Assembly (NCBI GenBank): GCA_965153455.1 | Contig: OZ234493.1 | Span: 6,138,001-6,202,000 of the forward strand | Direction: 5' to 3' | DNA length: 64,000 nt | Source of the DNA: Sphagnum compactum | Lineage: Eukaryota | Part shown: positions 37,001 to 49,638 of the stretch, piece after piece | How positions within the stretch are numbered: the stretch's first letter is position 1 | Layout: the number at the start of each line of letters is the position of its first letter | Notes under the pieces: model-generated | Databases searched by the model: none | What the model was told of the DNA's origin: nothing | Seen by the model: only the letters and a program-made list of their open reading frames with translations | Position numbers and translations under genes: made by a program

Positions 37001-40000
37001 TTGGGGTATTGAAGAAACTTGAAAAATAACTACTTTCATGTTATCATCATTTCCCATGTTTCCCTTCTCTAGTTGCTTCCCTTACCCCTTTAGATTAGCT
37101 TATAGATAGGATAATAGGTCTGTTTTGAAACAACAGCTTCTACCTTCTTCTTTGGCCCTTTATATGACTTTTCGTTTATTATTTGAGTAGTTATAATAAA
37201 GTAAGTTAGTGAGGGTAGTTCTTTTCTATTGAGTAATAAGGTGTTGGCCTTGTTCCTTCGATCTTACTTTCTTGGAGGACAGTAAGGATCGAGGGGGCTA
37301 CAATTTCATCTTTTAACAATGTTAATGAAATTATTTTAATGGATTTGATTTGCTATTTGAATTTGGATTACTATATATTAATCCATTTGAAGCGCTTTTT
37401 TTTGGGTGTCTTATTGTTGCGTCTATTGATTAACTAGTTGTGGGTGCATTTGATGTTTAAAGTTTTTTACTTTTATGACAGGCTTTTCATTCATTGGTCA
37501 ATCACCTAAGACAAAAGAAAATCTCAAAATAGGTAGAAAGTTGCCAAATTAAGCTACTTTCCAAAGATAAATTGAAACAAAAAAAAAGTTACCAAGTATT
37601 TGGTTGGTCCCCATTCTTACTTTCTATTTCAAAAAGTGGGACTCCACAATTGAAAAATAAAATTCAAGTCATTATAACCCATTCAATTAAGAAAATTTGC
37701 AAAACTAAACAAAGTTTTGCAAAGGACATGTGTCATTGGGCTTCCTATTACCATGCCCATATTTAGTAACCAAACTTTGGCTATCTAAATAATAAAATAA
37801 AATAAACTTTTGAGTCAATGGAACTAAATAAACAAAACAAGCCTAAAAAATTTCCCCCCCATAAAAAAATTTCAAGATTAAAAACATATTTGAGATTATT
37901 GCCTCACTACATTGTTGTTTTCAAAATTGCTTGTGCATTGTCATATCATTATGCAACATCAACAACATTTTTTTTGGGCCTTATTTGCTAATTTTGTTTC
38001 TTTTGGAGTTTTAAAAGTTGGGTTTTTTTGGTTGGATGCAAAATAACCTTAAACCTTAAAAGTTATATGTGTCAAAGAAAAAACAAATTGGGTTTTTTTG
38101 TAATTTAAATTCCTCCTACTATTTAATTACTATCAACTACTCCTACATCATTTGCTTTTAGAATTGTTTGCCCATCATGTTGTTATGTAACAACAATTAC
38201 ACATTTGTTTGTTACAATATTACTTTATGCTTTCATTTGTTATGAATTTTTATAAGTTAGGTTCTTCTTTTGTTTTGAGAATAATTTAACTCTAAAAATT
38301 ACACATGTTAATACAACAATTTTTTGGATTTGATTTGCAATTTCAAGTTTTATTATAACTATTAATTTTACTATATCATTATTTGCTGTCAAAATTATGT
38401 GCCCATTATCATATCATCATGCAACACATTCAACAACATATTTTCTTATGTTACTTTTTACTTTCGTTTTATCTTTCTCCTTTGTTTAATTCAATGCAAA
38501 ATAACCTAACCCTAAAAATCACACATGTCAATGAAGCAATTTTTTTGAATTTGATTGTAATTGAATATCATTTTACTATTATTTCCTACTCTTATTACCA
38601 TATTAGTTGATTTCCAAAAGGGTTTTCCATCATTATATCATTGTGCAACAACAACACATCTTTTTAGTACAATGTCATTCCTTATTTTTATTTGTTATGA
38701 AAATTTTTTAATTGTATATTTTCTTTTGTTTGATGTGAACAACCTAACCATTAAGGTCATTCATGTTAATCACATTATTTTTTGGGATGTGATTTTCAAA
38801 TTTGAACTCCTACTATTACATAATTTGTTTTCAAAGTTGCTTGCCCATCGTCATATCATCATACAACAACATATTTTCTTAGTACATTACTACTCCTTGC
38901 TTTCATTTGTTATGAGTTTTTAAAGGTAGGTTTTTTCCTTCGTTGGATGAAAATAACCTAACCTTTGAAACCATGCATTTTAATGCAACATTTTTTGGTT
39001 TTCAAGAATTTATATTATTACTACTTGTTAGTAAGTACTACATCATTTACTTTTAACATTGCTTGCCCATCATCATGGAGTAAGACATTTTCTTGGTATT
39101 CCTTGTTTTTGTTTGCTATAAAGTGTTTGAAGTTGTGTTTTTCATTTGTTTGGATGCAAATAACCTAAACTTAAAAATCACACATGTAAATGAAACAATT
39201 TAAAAATTTGAATTGCAATTTGAACTTCTATTACAACTATTTGCTACTATATAGTTTGCTTAAAAAATTTCTTGTCCATTATCATAACATCATGCAACAA
39301 TAACACCAACCCCTTTTTTTCTTGCATTTCTTGTTGCTTTTGTTTGTTATGGAGTTTTAAAAATTGGGTTTCTCTCCTTTTTTGGATGTAAGATAACCCC
39401 TATAAGTGAATGAATCAATTTTTGGATTGATTTACAATTGGAATTCTTATTATTACTATGTGTTATTATTAAATCATTTACTTTCAAAATTGCTTGCCCA
39501 AATGTCATCATATCATCATGTAACAAGCTATTATTATCGGTACACTTATATTCCTTATTTTCATTTGTTATGAAATTTTAAGTTGGGGTTCTCTTTTGTT
39601 TCAATGCAAAATAATGTAACATTAAAAATAACATATACCAATGAAACAACTTTATTTCATTTGCAAATTTACAATTTTAAATCCTATGGATGCAATAACC
39701 TAACCTAAACTAAAATTTCCACTTGTCAACAAAACAAAGTCTAGATTGATTTGCAATCTAGAGTTTGAATTCCTTCTATCACATCTTTTGTTTTCATAAC
39801 AACATTTCAATCATCGTCTCTTGCAACAACTCATCTTCTTGCTAAGCTACACCTTGCTGTCATTTTTTTATAACTCTTTTGTATTGGGTCATTGTTTTGA
39901 ATTGCAATAACTTAACCTTAAAAATTGCACATTCCAACAAAAGAAAATTTGGATTAGTTTCCAATTTGAACATCACTACTAGAACTAGTATTACACATGG

Positions 40001-40100
40001 GCATTTCAGAATTTGTTTAAAAATCATCATATCATGTAACAACATATTTTTAATTATGGCATTATTCCTTGCTATTTTATCGATTTGCAAATTATAACTT
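34099..40100 (+). repeat. Decayed tandem array of about 15 copies of the DUF642 gene's 3' end and 3' UTR
   Basis: The motif TTTCAAAATTGCTTGCCCAT...TTTGTTTGGATGCAAAATAACCTAACC.TAAAAATCACACATGT recurs from the gene (~34020-34160) to ~40000. Proximal copies still encode gene sequence, e.g. MTFRSKIVGSFGLFLDNLQVFEK at ~35170 versus VTFRSKIAGSFGPLLDNVQVFEN in the gene. Confidence 0.85.
36198..37318. mobile_element. Solo LTR (1121 bp) inserted into the DUF642-derived array
   Basis: TGTTAA...TTAACA inverted TG/CA termini flanked by a perfect 5-bp TSD, ATGTT (36193-36197 and 37319-37323). Removing it restores the array motif AAATCACATGTTAATGAAA. Confidence 0.85.
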
Positions 40101-41014
40101 GAATTTTCAAGTTGAAATGAAATAGGCAAGTTCCATGAAGTTAGTTGAGTTGATCTAAACTACTACAATATATTGCAATGAAACACTATAATAGGGAGGA
40201 AATGAAAGGGAAAATTAAAAAAGACATGAGAGCTATGAAAATTCATAATGAACTTAATTTAATTGTGTGTGTTTTTTTTGGACCTACCCTTATGATGAAC
40301 TAATTATTGGGTTAAAAAATAATTTAAATGATTTATTTTTTCCTTTCAATTATTTAGATGTTCATTGTTGCATTTTGCTCTAGTACTGTTTTTACACAAT
40401 TTGATTTATTGATTTATTTTTTTGGCTTCATCTGTAATATGCTAACTCAATTCTTAAATTTCCAATCAATGTTTTCAATTTTGTTGGGTTATGGGGAAGG
40501 ACCTTTTTTACTATTAAAATTTTAAAAACATTTTGACATAATGAAAAGTTTAAATTGTGAACTTTTTGAAGGTATAAGTTTTTTCATAGGCAACATGACA
40601 TAGTGCAAAGGCAATATCCAAATATTTAGTTACAACATTTTTTTTTTCCATTATAGAACCTTAAATCCTAGAATGGCATTAAGAATTTCTTTTCAACCGT
40701 CAACTCACCTTTAAAACTCAATCATTTGGCAAAATCATTTAATGAAATCTTGCTTTTCACCCCTAGCATAAATTCATAAAAATTCATAATGATTTTGTTG
40801 GATGAATCTTTATAGCCATTATTATAAATTTTAACTAAACAAAGAGACCTATTCCAAGGTTAACCATAGTCCATATACTTGTGTGTGTTTAATATTGCAT
40901 ATAAAAGGCATTCACTTTGTTCTTTTTTAGCGTAATCAAAGAGCACCTTATATAGTGTTTTGCTTTCTTCCATTGTTCATGGGGCATTCCATTTCTTGAT
41001 ATGCCTCGCAACCA

Positions 41015-41145
41015 ATGGGCCCCTTCCCTTCCAAATCAAACCACAAACTATCAAACCCGGGGACCCCTTTCCCTTCCAAATCAAACCACAAATGACCAAA
41101 CCCATGGGCCCTTTCCCTTGCAAATCAAACCACAAACTACAAGAC
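41015..41145. repeat. Short tandem repeat, 3 copies of ~45-50 bp
   Basis: CCC.T(T)CCCTTCCAAATCAAACCACAAA occurs three times. Confidence 0.8.
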
Positions 41146-41598
41146 CCATTTGCTTACTTACTTACATACCTGAGCAAATCAATCATAAACTCGCTTCCAA
41201 TAAGAGAGTTTGAGGATTAGTTGGAAACTAGGTGGCATCCATGTTGAAGGCACAACGAGGATTGCAAACGCCATGCCTAATTACTTCACCTCACCTCACC
41301 TCGCAAGAAATCTCATCATGGCCCTCCCTGTGCATCCGGTGAGTAAGTAATCTCATCATGGTCAACCGAAACTTCAAATACATGACGATAAAAACCAAAT
41401 ACAAATTGAAATTCTCATCATCATCATCAACAACAGTAGTATTGCAGTTTTCAAAACCAAAAAAACACACCAAAAAACAAAGAGCAAAATACAAAAAACA
41501 CGCTTCGTCAGTCTCCTTAAAAGCAGAATCTATTGCACTGGAAAACAAAGAAAAAGTCGACACAAGAAGAGAACGCTACAAGGGACGCAAGGGACGTG

Positions 41599-41636
<38 letters not shown>

Positions 41637-41763
41637 AGAGGGCAGACGGGCGGGATCAAAGTGGGCATGGAGGGAGGGAGGGAGGGAGGGAAGTCAGAGA
41701 CCGGTAACAAAAGGACAAAACTGACGCCAGTTGAATATTGGGAGAGATGATGATGATGATGAT

Positions 41764-42581
41764 GGGTTTAGGGTTTAGGGTTTAGGATTTTGGCCCCTAG
41801 TAGGTAATGAATAATAATAATAATAGGTCTATTTATTTTTATATGATGAATTTTTGAAAGATGATATTTTGGCTTAATGTGTTCAAACTTGAGATTGGTT
41901 GCAGAGTTATAATATCTTGAAGGATTTTTGGTTTTTTTTTTCTTGTGGATGATTGCCAGCATGGTGGTCTACCACACAAAATTGAAAAAAAAAAAAACAA
42001 TAAAAAAACAAAGGGGTGTGTCACACTGTGGCCCTACCATTTACATTAAAAATCCTCTAAAAATTTAAAATTTAAATAAATAATTTAAAAAATACACTTC
42101 AAGATATTATAACTCTATAACTAATCTCAAGTTTCAACATGAGCCAAAATATCATCTATCAAAAATCCTCGTATAAAAATATACCTATTATTATTACATA
42201 GGGGCCTATTAAAATCCCTTAAGCTACTATACTCTATACTGAATCTAAACACAATAATATAATATTTATAATGTTTGAAAATGTTATCTAAACACAATAA
42301 TATAATATTTAAAATGTTTGAAAAATGGAAGGGGGGAAAAAGAGTGGGGTAGGTAGGTAGGTACCTAGTGGCTACTTTTGGGGGGGGGGGTGGGAACCAC
42401 CAGAGGAGTAATTTAAAAAAAAACCAATAAATAACAAGAATAACAATAATGAATACTAAGCCACACACAGTCCACCACCACTCATGAGGCCAAATTCAAG
42501 TTTCATTATTTAAGGAATAATAAATAAATAAATAAATAAAATACCCACTTGGCAGAACCCTAAACCCTAAACCCTAAACCC
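41764..42581. repeat. Foldback (inverted-repeat) region bounded by oppositely oriented plant telomeric repeats
   Basis: 41792-41922 is an imperfect reverse complement of 42097-42206. (GGGTTTA)3 lies at 41764-41786 and (AACCCTA)3-4 at 42556-42581. Confidence 0.7.
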
Positions 42582-43799
42582 ATTACCCAAATTCACTAGG
42601 TTTTTTTTATGTGCTGTGTGATAGGGTTTTCATCCATTGGTGTTTTGGTGGATGAGGTTATGTCTGTCTGTTTTTGGGTGCTGTTTGGAGTTTGGACTGG
42701 TTTAGTCTGGTTCACTAGAAACCAGAAAGTGATCACTTTTTGATTTTGCAAAAGTGGTGAAGAGTGTGTTTTTATTTTTTTTAATTTTTAAATTTGTGAT
42801 GTAGCCAAAGTGACGATTATCTAGAAGAAAGTTTTAGCCAAATTTGGCAATAAGCCACATGTGAAAGTAAAATAAATAAGGAATCCTTCTATATTCTTAG
42901 CTATTATCTATTGAAGCACATCATAAAAATCTGATGATTTGACAAAAAAAATTCCTTGAAATTATGGCAATTCTGGGCCTTTTTTTTTGGGGGGGGGGAA
43001 AAGATATCACAAAATAGCAAAAATTCACCACAAAAATGCTCTGATTATGGCTCTGTTGTTTTGTTTGTTTCTATGTGTTTCTAAACCAGCAATGGTGCTA
43101 TATTGGCATATATATATATATTAGTAGTGTACCTAATCATACCTGCCAGGGATATCTATTTGTGTAGCTTTAAAAATGTTGAATTTGTTGATTCAATTAT
43201 TTTTTCCCTGAGTTTTATGGTGAATAAAATGTAGATTTTATATGGGTATGTGGGGTTTCTTTCTTTTTTTGGTTCTGGGTATTTCTAGAAAATGAATTCC
43301 CCAATTTTTTGTCATTTTGAAAATGACAAAATTTCTTGAAATTTAAAAAAAAAAAAACATTGGTTTGGGAACCTTAAGGATATGAAGTTAATTATATTCA
43401 TTGGTCAGCTGGTTTTTCTTAATGATTTGGAGAATTCCTTCAGAATTTGGAGCTGTGACCCCCCCCCCCCCCCCCCACACATGTTGAAAATTGATTTATA
43501 TTCTAATGAGGTGACATTAAAATAATGGACTTTGTGGTTTGAAGTTTGAACTTAAGGCATCCATCCATCCATCCATTCATCCATCCAGTCATTCATCCAT
43601 TCATCCCAAGGGTGAGGGACCTTATAAACCTTATAAGAGACCTTACAAACCCAAAGCCTCCCTTGCTAGTGTGCCTTATCACCATATTTTCATCACTCCT
43701 TGAAACAGATATTTGCCAGAGAAAGAAAGAAAGAAAAACCCCAAAAGAAAAAGAAAGGGCACTCAGAGCAGCCGGTTCTTAGTGTAAAAAAAAAGTCTC

Positions 43800-44180
43800 C
43801 ATCAACGGACCCCTCCCCGTCCCCCACCCCCCGCCCCAACGTCCTTTACAGTCGGACGGGCACGGCACCGGGCCCTCCCCCAACGGTCCATCACCCCATG
43901 TGTAACTTCGCAGCTCACCACTTTTACCCCCAGACGATACTTCCCCCTGAAAAATATCATTCCAGCCGTCCGATTCCCGATCCAACGCTCCTAACTCACT
44001 TTTTCACATCTTTATTCCTCGCCCCGCCCCAGGGTTACTTAAAGTAAGTTAATTTACCTAGCTAGCCGGCCGGTAACACTGCTGGCGGGAAACTTAAACC
44101 CGCTTTTGTACTCCCCCCAACCCCGGCCTGGCCCGCCCGCCCGCCCGTCCGGTTTCCTCCACGTTTGCCGCCAACGGCTA
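43800..44180 (+). promoter_or_regulatory. Cyclin A promoter with MSA-like (AACGG core) elements and an E2F site
   Basis: TCAACGGAC (~43802), CCCAACGGTC (43879-43888), GCCAACGGCT (44170-44179). GGCGGGAAA at 44084-44092 is the reverse complement of the canonical E2F site TTTCCCGCC. Confidence 0.65.
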
Positions 44181-44340
44181 GGCCAAACCCAGGAACACTC
44201 AACTCACTCACTCACTCACTCACTACTTGAGTTCGTTAGTTACCATCGCTACTTAAGGAGGTTAGTGAGTTCAAGTAGTTAGTTTCGTCGTCCCTACCTC
44301 CCTCCTTCGCTCCTCCTTGACCTTCAGTCTGTTGCTCGGA

Positions 44341-47300
44341 ATGGCGGGTGCGGAGAATGTGCGACGGACGCGAGCGGCAGCCAAGAGGTCGGCGATGGAG
44401 GAAGATTCTAGCAAGTCGGTAGCGCAAGCTAAGAAGCGCGCAGTCAAGAAACGGCCGGCGTTGGCCAATCTCTCCAACCAGCAGATTGTGGTTTCGCGTA
44501 ATGCACTGGGAGGTAGTGCTGGTGGGAAGGAACAACAGCAGCAGCAGAATGTGTTGAAGTTGGCGGCAAAGGTGGAGACGGTTGTAGTGGAACCTGGAAA
44601 TGAGAATGCTGTGGTTGTAGAGCGGGTAGTTGTTGCGGATTTTTCCCACCACCAGCAGCAACAAAACAGGCCGCCTCTACAAGAGGCGAGTGCTGCGGCA
44701 ATCGCTTCTCTGGAGCGGCGTACAGTGCAGAATTTGTATATTTCCAAAGATGAAGAGACGGATCTGGAACTGGAGGACGGTAGGGAGAGAAAGAATGTTG
44801 TATATAAAAAAATAAGCCTGCATGCACGCATGCAGTTTTCATAGGGGAGGTTGTTCTCGCTTGTTTGGGTTTTTGCGCTTTTGCACGTTGATAGAAAACA
44901 AACAGGATTGCACTACATTGTATTGCATTTGTATGGTGATGGATTTGGACGAGTATGTGAGGAGCTCAGTGAAAAGAAGGGAGAAAATGTTCTTTTGCGC
45001 CTTGGGAGTTTTTTCCGTTCAAAGTTTCCAGAAGGGAAGGGTTTAGGGTTTTGCAGCAGGAATTTCTTATGGCATCTTTTGCCTCTTTTTGTGCTGCCTC
45101 AATATACCAGTGACCCTTTTTTCTGTTTTGGTTTCCTTTCAGATGATTACAGCTCTTCAGAGGCATCCGGATGGTCATGCAAGCTGAGTTTTCAGGACAT
45201 TGATCATGGCCAAACAGATCCGCAAATGTGCAGTATGTATGCTGCTGAAATCTATGAGCATCTTCGAATGGCAGAGGTTTGTCCTTGAAGCTTTTGATTT
45301 GAGTAAGTTGAGAGCTGCGATTCAAGTCAGAGAAATGTACGGAGTCCCTTTGGTCAGTTTTAGTTGCAGATGGATATTTAGCATGTCGACCTGCTGATGG
45401 TGCAATGGATGGCATGGGCATCCAGCAAAGCATTCCAGTAGATGGTGCAATGGATGATGGCACAGGCATCAGATCTTTGTTGCTTGTTCGCAGCAGAGAA
45501 CCTTATGGTCATTGCATTGGTTCTCAGATCAAAAGAAGGCCTACGTCAGATTTCATGGAGTCCCTACAGCATGACATAAATAAGAACATGCGGGCCATTC
45601 TCATTGACTGGCTTGTTGAGGTGAGTTTGTTTGGTTTCTGCTGAGTATAGTGACATTTTGCAAGTGAAGTCTATCCTTCTAAGAAGTTTATCACTCTCTG
45701 AGTCGAATCTATCCTTCATTGCTTGTATTGACCATGCATGTTTTATTGGGTGCAGGTGGCAGAGGAGTATAAGCTAGTGCCTGACACACTTTATTACACT
45801 GTATCATATATTGACCGCTTCCTTTCCTCTGCTGCTGTTCCTCGGCAGCGCCTCCAGCTTCTTGGTGTTTCTTGCATGCTCATTGCTGCGTATGTTTCTT
45901 CTGAACTGTATCTTCAGATGCTAGAAATAATGTGCATGTCAGGTTGTCTAACCATAGGATAGTCCTTATCCTTACACCATTTCTTGCTCTCTTTTCAGCA
46001 TATGATCCTGTTTGCATTCTTAGATTATCAAATCATTTGGATGTTTGTCTCCAACATGCATGTTCACACCAAGCTTACTGTATGTTGGCAGTAAGTATGA
46101 GGAGATTTGTGCCCCACAAGTTGAGGAGTTTTGCTACATAACTGATAACACCTACTGTCGTGAAGAGGTACCACAATGCTCCTCCCTTGGCATTTCACTA
46201 CAGCAGTAAATCTTGGGGGCTTGATGCAAATGCTTCACCAATGCAGCTAGTCTTCTGTACTGTGCCTGCTAAGATCATTTGGTAATTGCAACTACTTCGA
46301 GGGCTTGGATTAGTAAGAGTACCTATGGTATAATGCAGGTTCTGGAGATGGAGAGGAGAGTTCTAAATGAACTGAACTTTGAGCTTACTACCCCTACTAC
46401 AAAGAGTTTTCTAAGGTGAAGAACATGCTCCCTAATAACATGTAACACACTCAGGATAGATATGGCATCTATACAGTGCTGCTGGGTAAAATAGCTGGCC
46501 CAATTTTTGAGTTCATTTGCCTGAAAAAACCACATTTAGATGATGGTTTGATGGCAGACAAGCAATGTAGGGAATGCCCTGCATCTATTTGAGAAACACA
46601 GCAATGTGGACATGGTGGCAAATGATCAAAGTCCTGTCAATGTTAAATTGGATGATCTCTGGGTTCAGTTTCTGTTTGGAGAGCCTCCCAAGTAATGAAC
46701 TCTCAGCCTATCAAGGTATTCACATCTGTGCATGGAGGAGCTCTAAGTGTGTATTTGTTTTCCTTTGCAATGTGAACAGACGCTTTGTACGAGCTGCTCA
46801 AGCTGGTTTTAAGGTTAGCACTGAAATATGACCTTACGATCCCATATCTTATGTGATCTAGGATGCAGTTTGGCTAATCCATAGTAAGTCACCTAATTCT
46901 GTCTCTTGTGAACACATTTCCTGACAGGCAGGGATTGTATTGAATGGGCAGCTGACATATGGTTGCTTGCTAATGTTTACTTTCTTGTGATCATGCAGAT
47001 GCCTTTACTTAATCTAGAGTTTCTTGGAAACTTTCTTGCTGAACTCACTCTTATGGAGTACAGCTTTTTGCCATATCTGCCTTCCTTAGTTGCAGCATCA
47101 GCTGTCTTCATGGCCAAGCTCACTCTTGACTCAAGTACACATCCATGGGTGTGTAGAAGCCCTTCCTGCCTGCCAACTTCTTTTGATTCAAGATAGATTC
47201 ATGCTTGCCCCTTCTCTGCTCCATGCTGTTTTGGGTAACTTGATGTTGGAATGTTGGTCTATTGCGCTAAATTTTGTTAGTTGTCTCTTATTTCACTGAC

Positions 47301-47705
47301 TTGAGTTTTTGTCATGTTTTTTTTCCTCGTACAGGATCCTACTTTGCAGCATTATACTGGATACAAGGCATCAGAGCTGAGGGATTGTGTAATTGGAATC
47401 CATGAACTTCAGTGCAACACAAAGAACTGTACTCTTCCAGCCATTCGAGAAAAGTATCGACAGCACAAGGTGGACTTCGTAACTTATCAGAAAATTCATC
47501 AGTTCTTAACACTAAGGTTATCACCCTTATTGATGTACAGATGTTTGTGTGACATCTAGGCCATGATTATTACCATGGAAAAAGACATCTGGCATGCTTG
47601 GAGTCTGACATTCTTTTGCCAAATCTCTTTTTGCAGTTCAAATGTGTATCAACATTGGTGCCACCATCCATTATTCCATCTGAGTTCTTCTGTGATATGG
47701 AGTGA
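44341..47705 (+). CDS. CYCA: A-type cyclin, 10 exons, 446 aa by my model
   Basis: D-box RPALANLSN, DPQMCSMYAAEIYEHLR, MRAILIDWLVEVAEEYKLVPDTLY, LQLLGVSCMLIAAKYEEICAP. Exons 44341-44779, 45143-45276, 45528-45620, 45756-45889, 46092-46167, 46339-46415, 46780-46813, 46999-47148, 47335-47469, 47637-47705 sum to 1341 nt. Confidence 0.95.
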
Positions 47706-48954
47706 GATTGTATACCAAGGCCTCTCTTGCTTTAGAGCAATGTGGCGATGAGGTAGTAGTAGTGAAGTAAAGCAGCATTTGGAATCGGTGGTATCCGCAT
47801 GCTAAAATTTTAGCAAGATGATGCCCCAACCAAAATCAATGACTTTCTACTACACAATGACAAGAAAGAGCACGAGAAAAAAAAGACAAGATGGACGAGA
47901 ACAAAAAAACCTCCAGGGAAAAGTAGCAGCAGTGCCTCTTGGCCAATGGACTGCCACAACCAAAAGCAGAGACGAAGAACTGGATCTCTGGCAGGCAGGC
48001 GCTCTCTCATTATTAGTCAATAAATCTCATCCCTAAATAGTCTTCTCAATCACTGAGAGAAGAAGGCGATTGTGAAGTCAAGAAACTGAACTTGTACAGG
48101 GGAGAAGAAATTTTTTTAGTCATGTCTCCACACTGTGAATCATTAAGGCTGTTGTTGCCTTAGAGAACTCACACTCACACAATCAAGGCTTTTGTAGCCT
48201 GGAAAAAACTAGCTGAACATGCGCTTCCCACTCAACTGTGACTATGCAGTAGTAACCTGACTTCTTCAAAAGAAGTTGTGCACTTTGAACCAATGTTTGA
48301 GCAAATGTCAGAAAATAGTTAAAATGGGAATTAATATGTATAAATCCATCAACAAAATAACCACTCAAAAAATGCTTTTAATTGAAAAATTATCACAATA
48401 TCAAAGTGCAATGAATATTTAAAACAAATTGACTAATATCTCTAAGCATCAAACAAACCTGTTAAATGTTGTAGCGTACTGAACATGCTTCACACAATAA
48501 CCTACACTTGATTAAGGATGACAAGTTGCCGCATGCATTCTGCATGAACTTTGACTAGGCAGCCACCTGATTTTATGCATCCCAACATGCCATACATGAC
48601 ATTGTGCAAAACAGGTGCAGCAAAACACACCCACCCATAAAAGCAGTATGTGTCCAACTATAATATTCCGATTTGGCATCTATCAATATACATATCCTGT
48701 AAACCCTACGCCTAATTGGTGGGCATGTGATAATCAGGTCCAATTACATGGACGATCACCAACATTGGGGGAAATGCAAAGTGGGAGTGGTGGTATTCCG
48801 CTAAAATGTCCTATATCTATGGTTAGTTGTTTAACTTTCCACTTCTTCTATTATTTGTAAACTATGCGGTTGCCATAATTTTAGAGGCTTGTTTGATTAA
48901 ACCATTTGCTCCATGGGACAAATTGGTAGACAAAATCCATGAGTTATTATCAAA

Positions 48955-49551
48955 CGAAGGGGTGGGAGTCAAATTGGGAATTTGACTCCCGATCACAAAT
49001 CCCTTGAAAGTAGGGGTCAAATGTGGTCTGATTGGAATGTGCTACACACCATTGGAAAGATATTTTCAAAGGTTATAATATATTTCCCTCGCACTTTCAA
49101 AACAAACTTGATTTGAAAAAGATATGAACGTCCAAAATTTTTGGACAACAAGAGTCCCAGTTTTGGGACTCCCACTTGGGAGTACCGAGAAAAAGTAATA
49201 TTTGGATGTAGTCCCTATGGAGAGGCATAGAGTATACTATAGGGAGGGGAGCAGTGCCTCCTCTTAAAGATTGCGGGCCATGTGAATCTTGTGTTTGAGG
49301 TTGTCCCTACTAAGTCCGTTGCATCATTTCCATTCAACTTGCACTAACCACCTTTTTTTCTTGGTTGTGCAGGTTGATATCATCTTAAACTCTTGCTTGT
49401 GAATTCGTCCTAGTCCCATCCCGAAGCTCTAACACGCCCTCTTACCCTCGAAGTGTTGCGAGTTAAGGAACGTGCCGCAACTTTTTTCTTCTTCCGTTGT
49501 TCCGCTCTAGGACCCGCCTTTGGGTCCTTAAAGGAGTTTGGGGGCACATCA
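48955..49551 (+). mobile_element. Probable partial LTR of an LTR retrotransposon
   Basis: Non-coding GC-richer block with inverted motifs (GGGAGTCAAATTGGGAATTTGACTCCC; GAGTCCCA...TGGGACTC), ending ...GGAGTTTGGGGGCACATCA. No left TG terminus or TSD found. Confidence 0.45.
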
Positions 49552-49638
49552 TTTTCATGGCATCAAGGTGTGGAAATGTTAGTTGTTATGGAAGAATTAC
49601 AATTAAATGTATCCTTGTACGTTAAATGATTCACCAGA

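Noticed and set aside
41358-41750. 130-aa Lys/Arg/Glu-rich ORF
   Set aside because: Explained by (AG)n and (GGGA)n microsatellites and A-rich low complexity; no recognisable domain.
42556-42581. Telomeric repeats as a chromosome end or fusion site
   Set aside because: Only 3-4 units, and similar short telo tracts occur elsewhere in the window (e.g. ~16362-16381).
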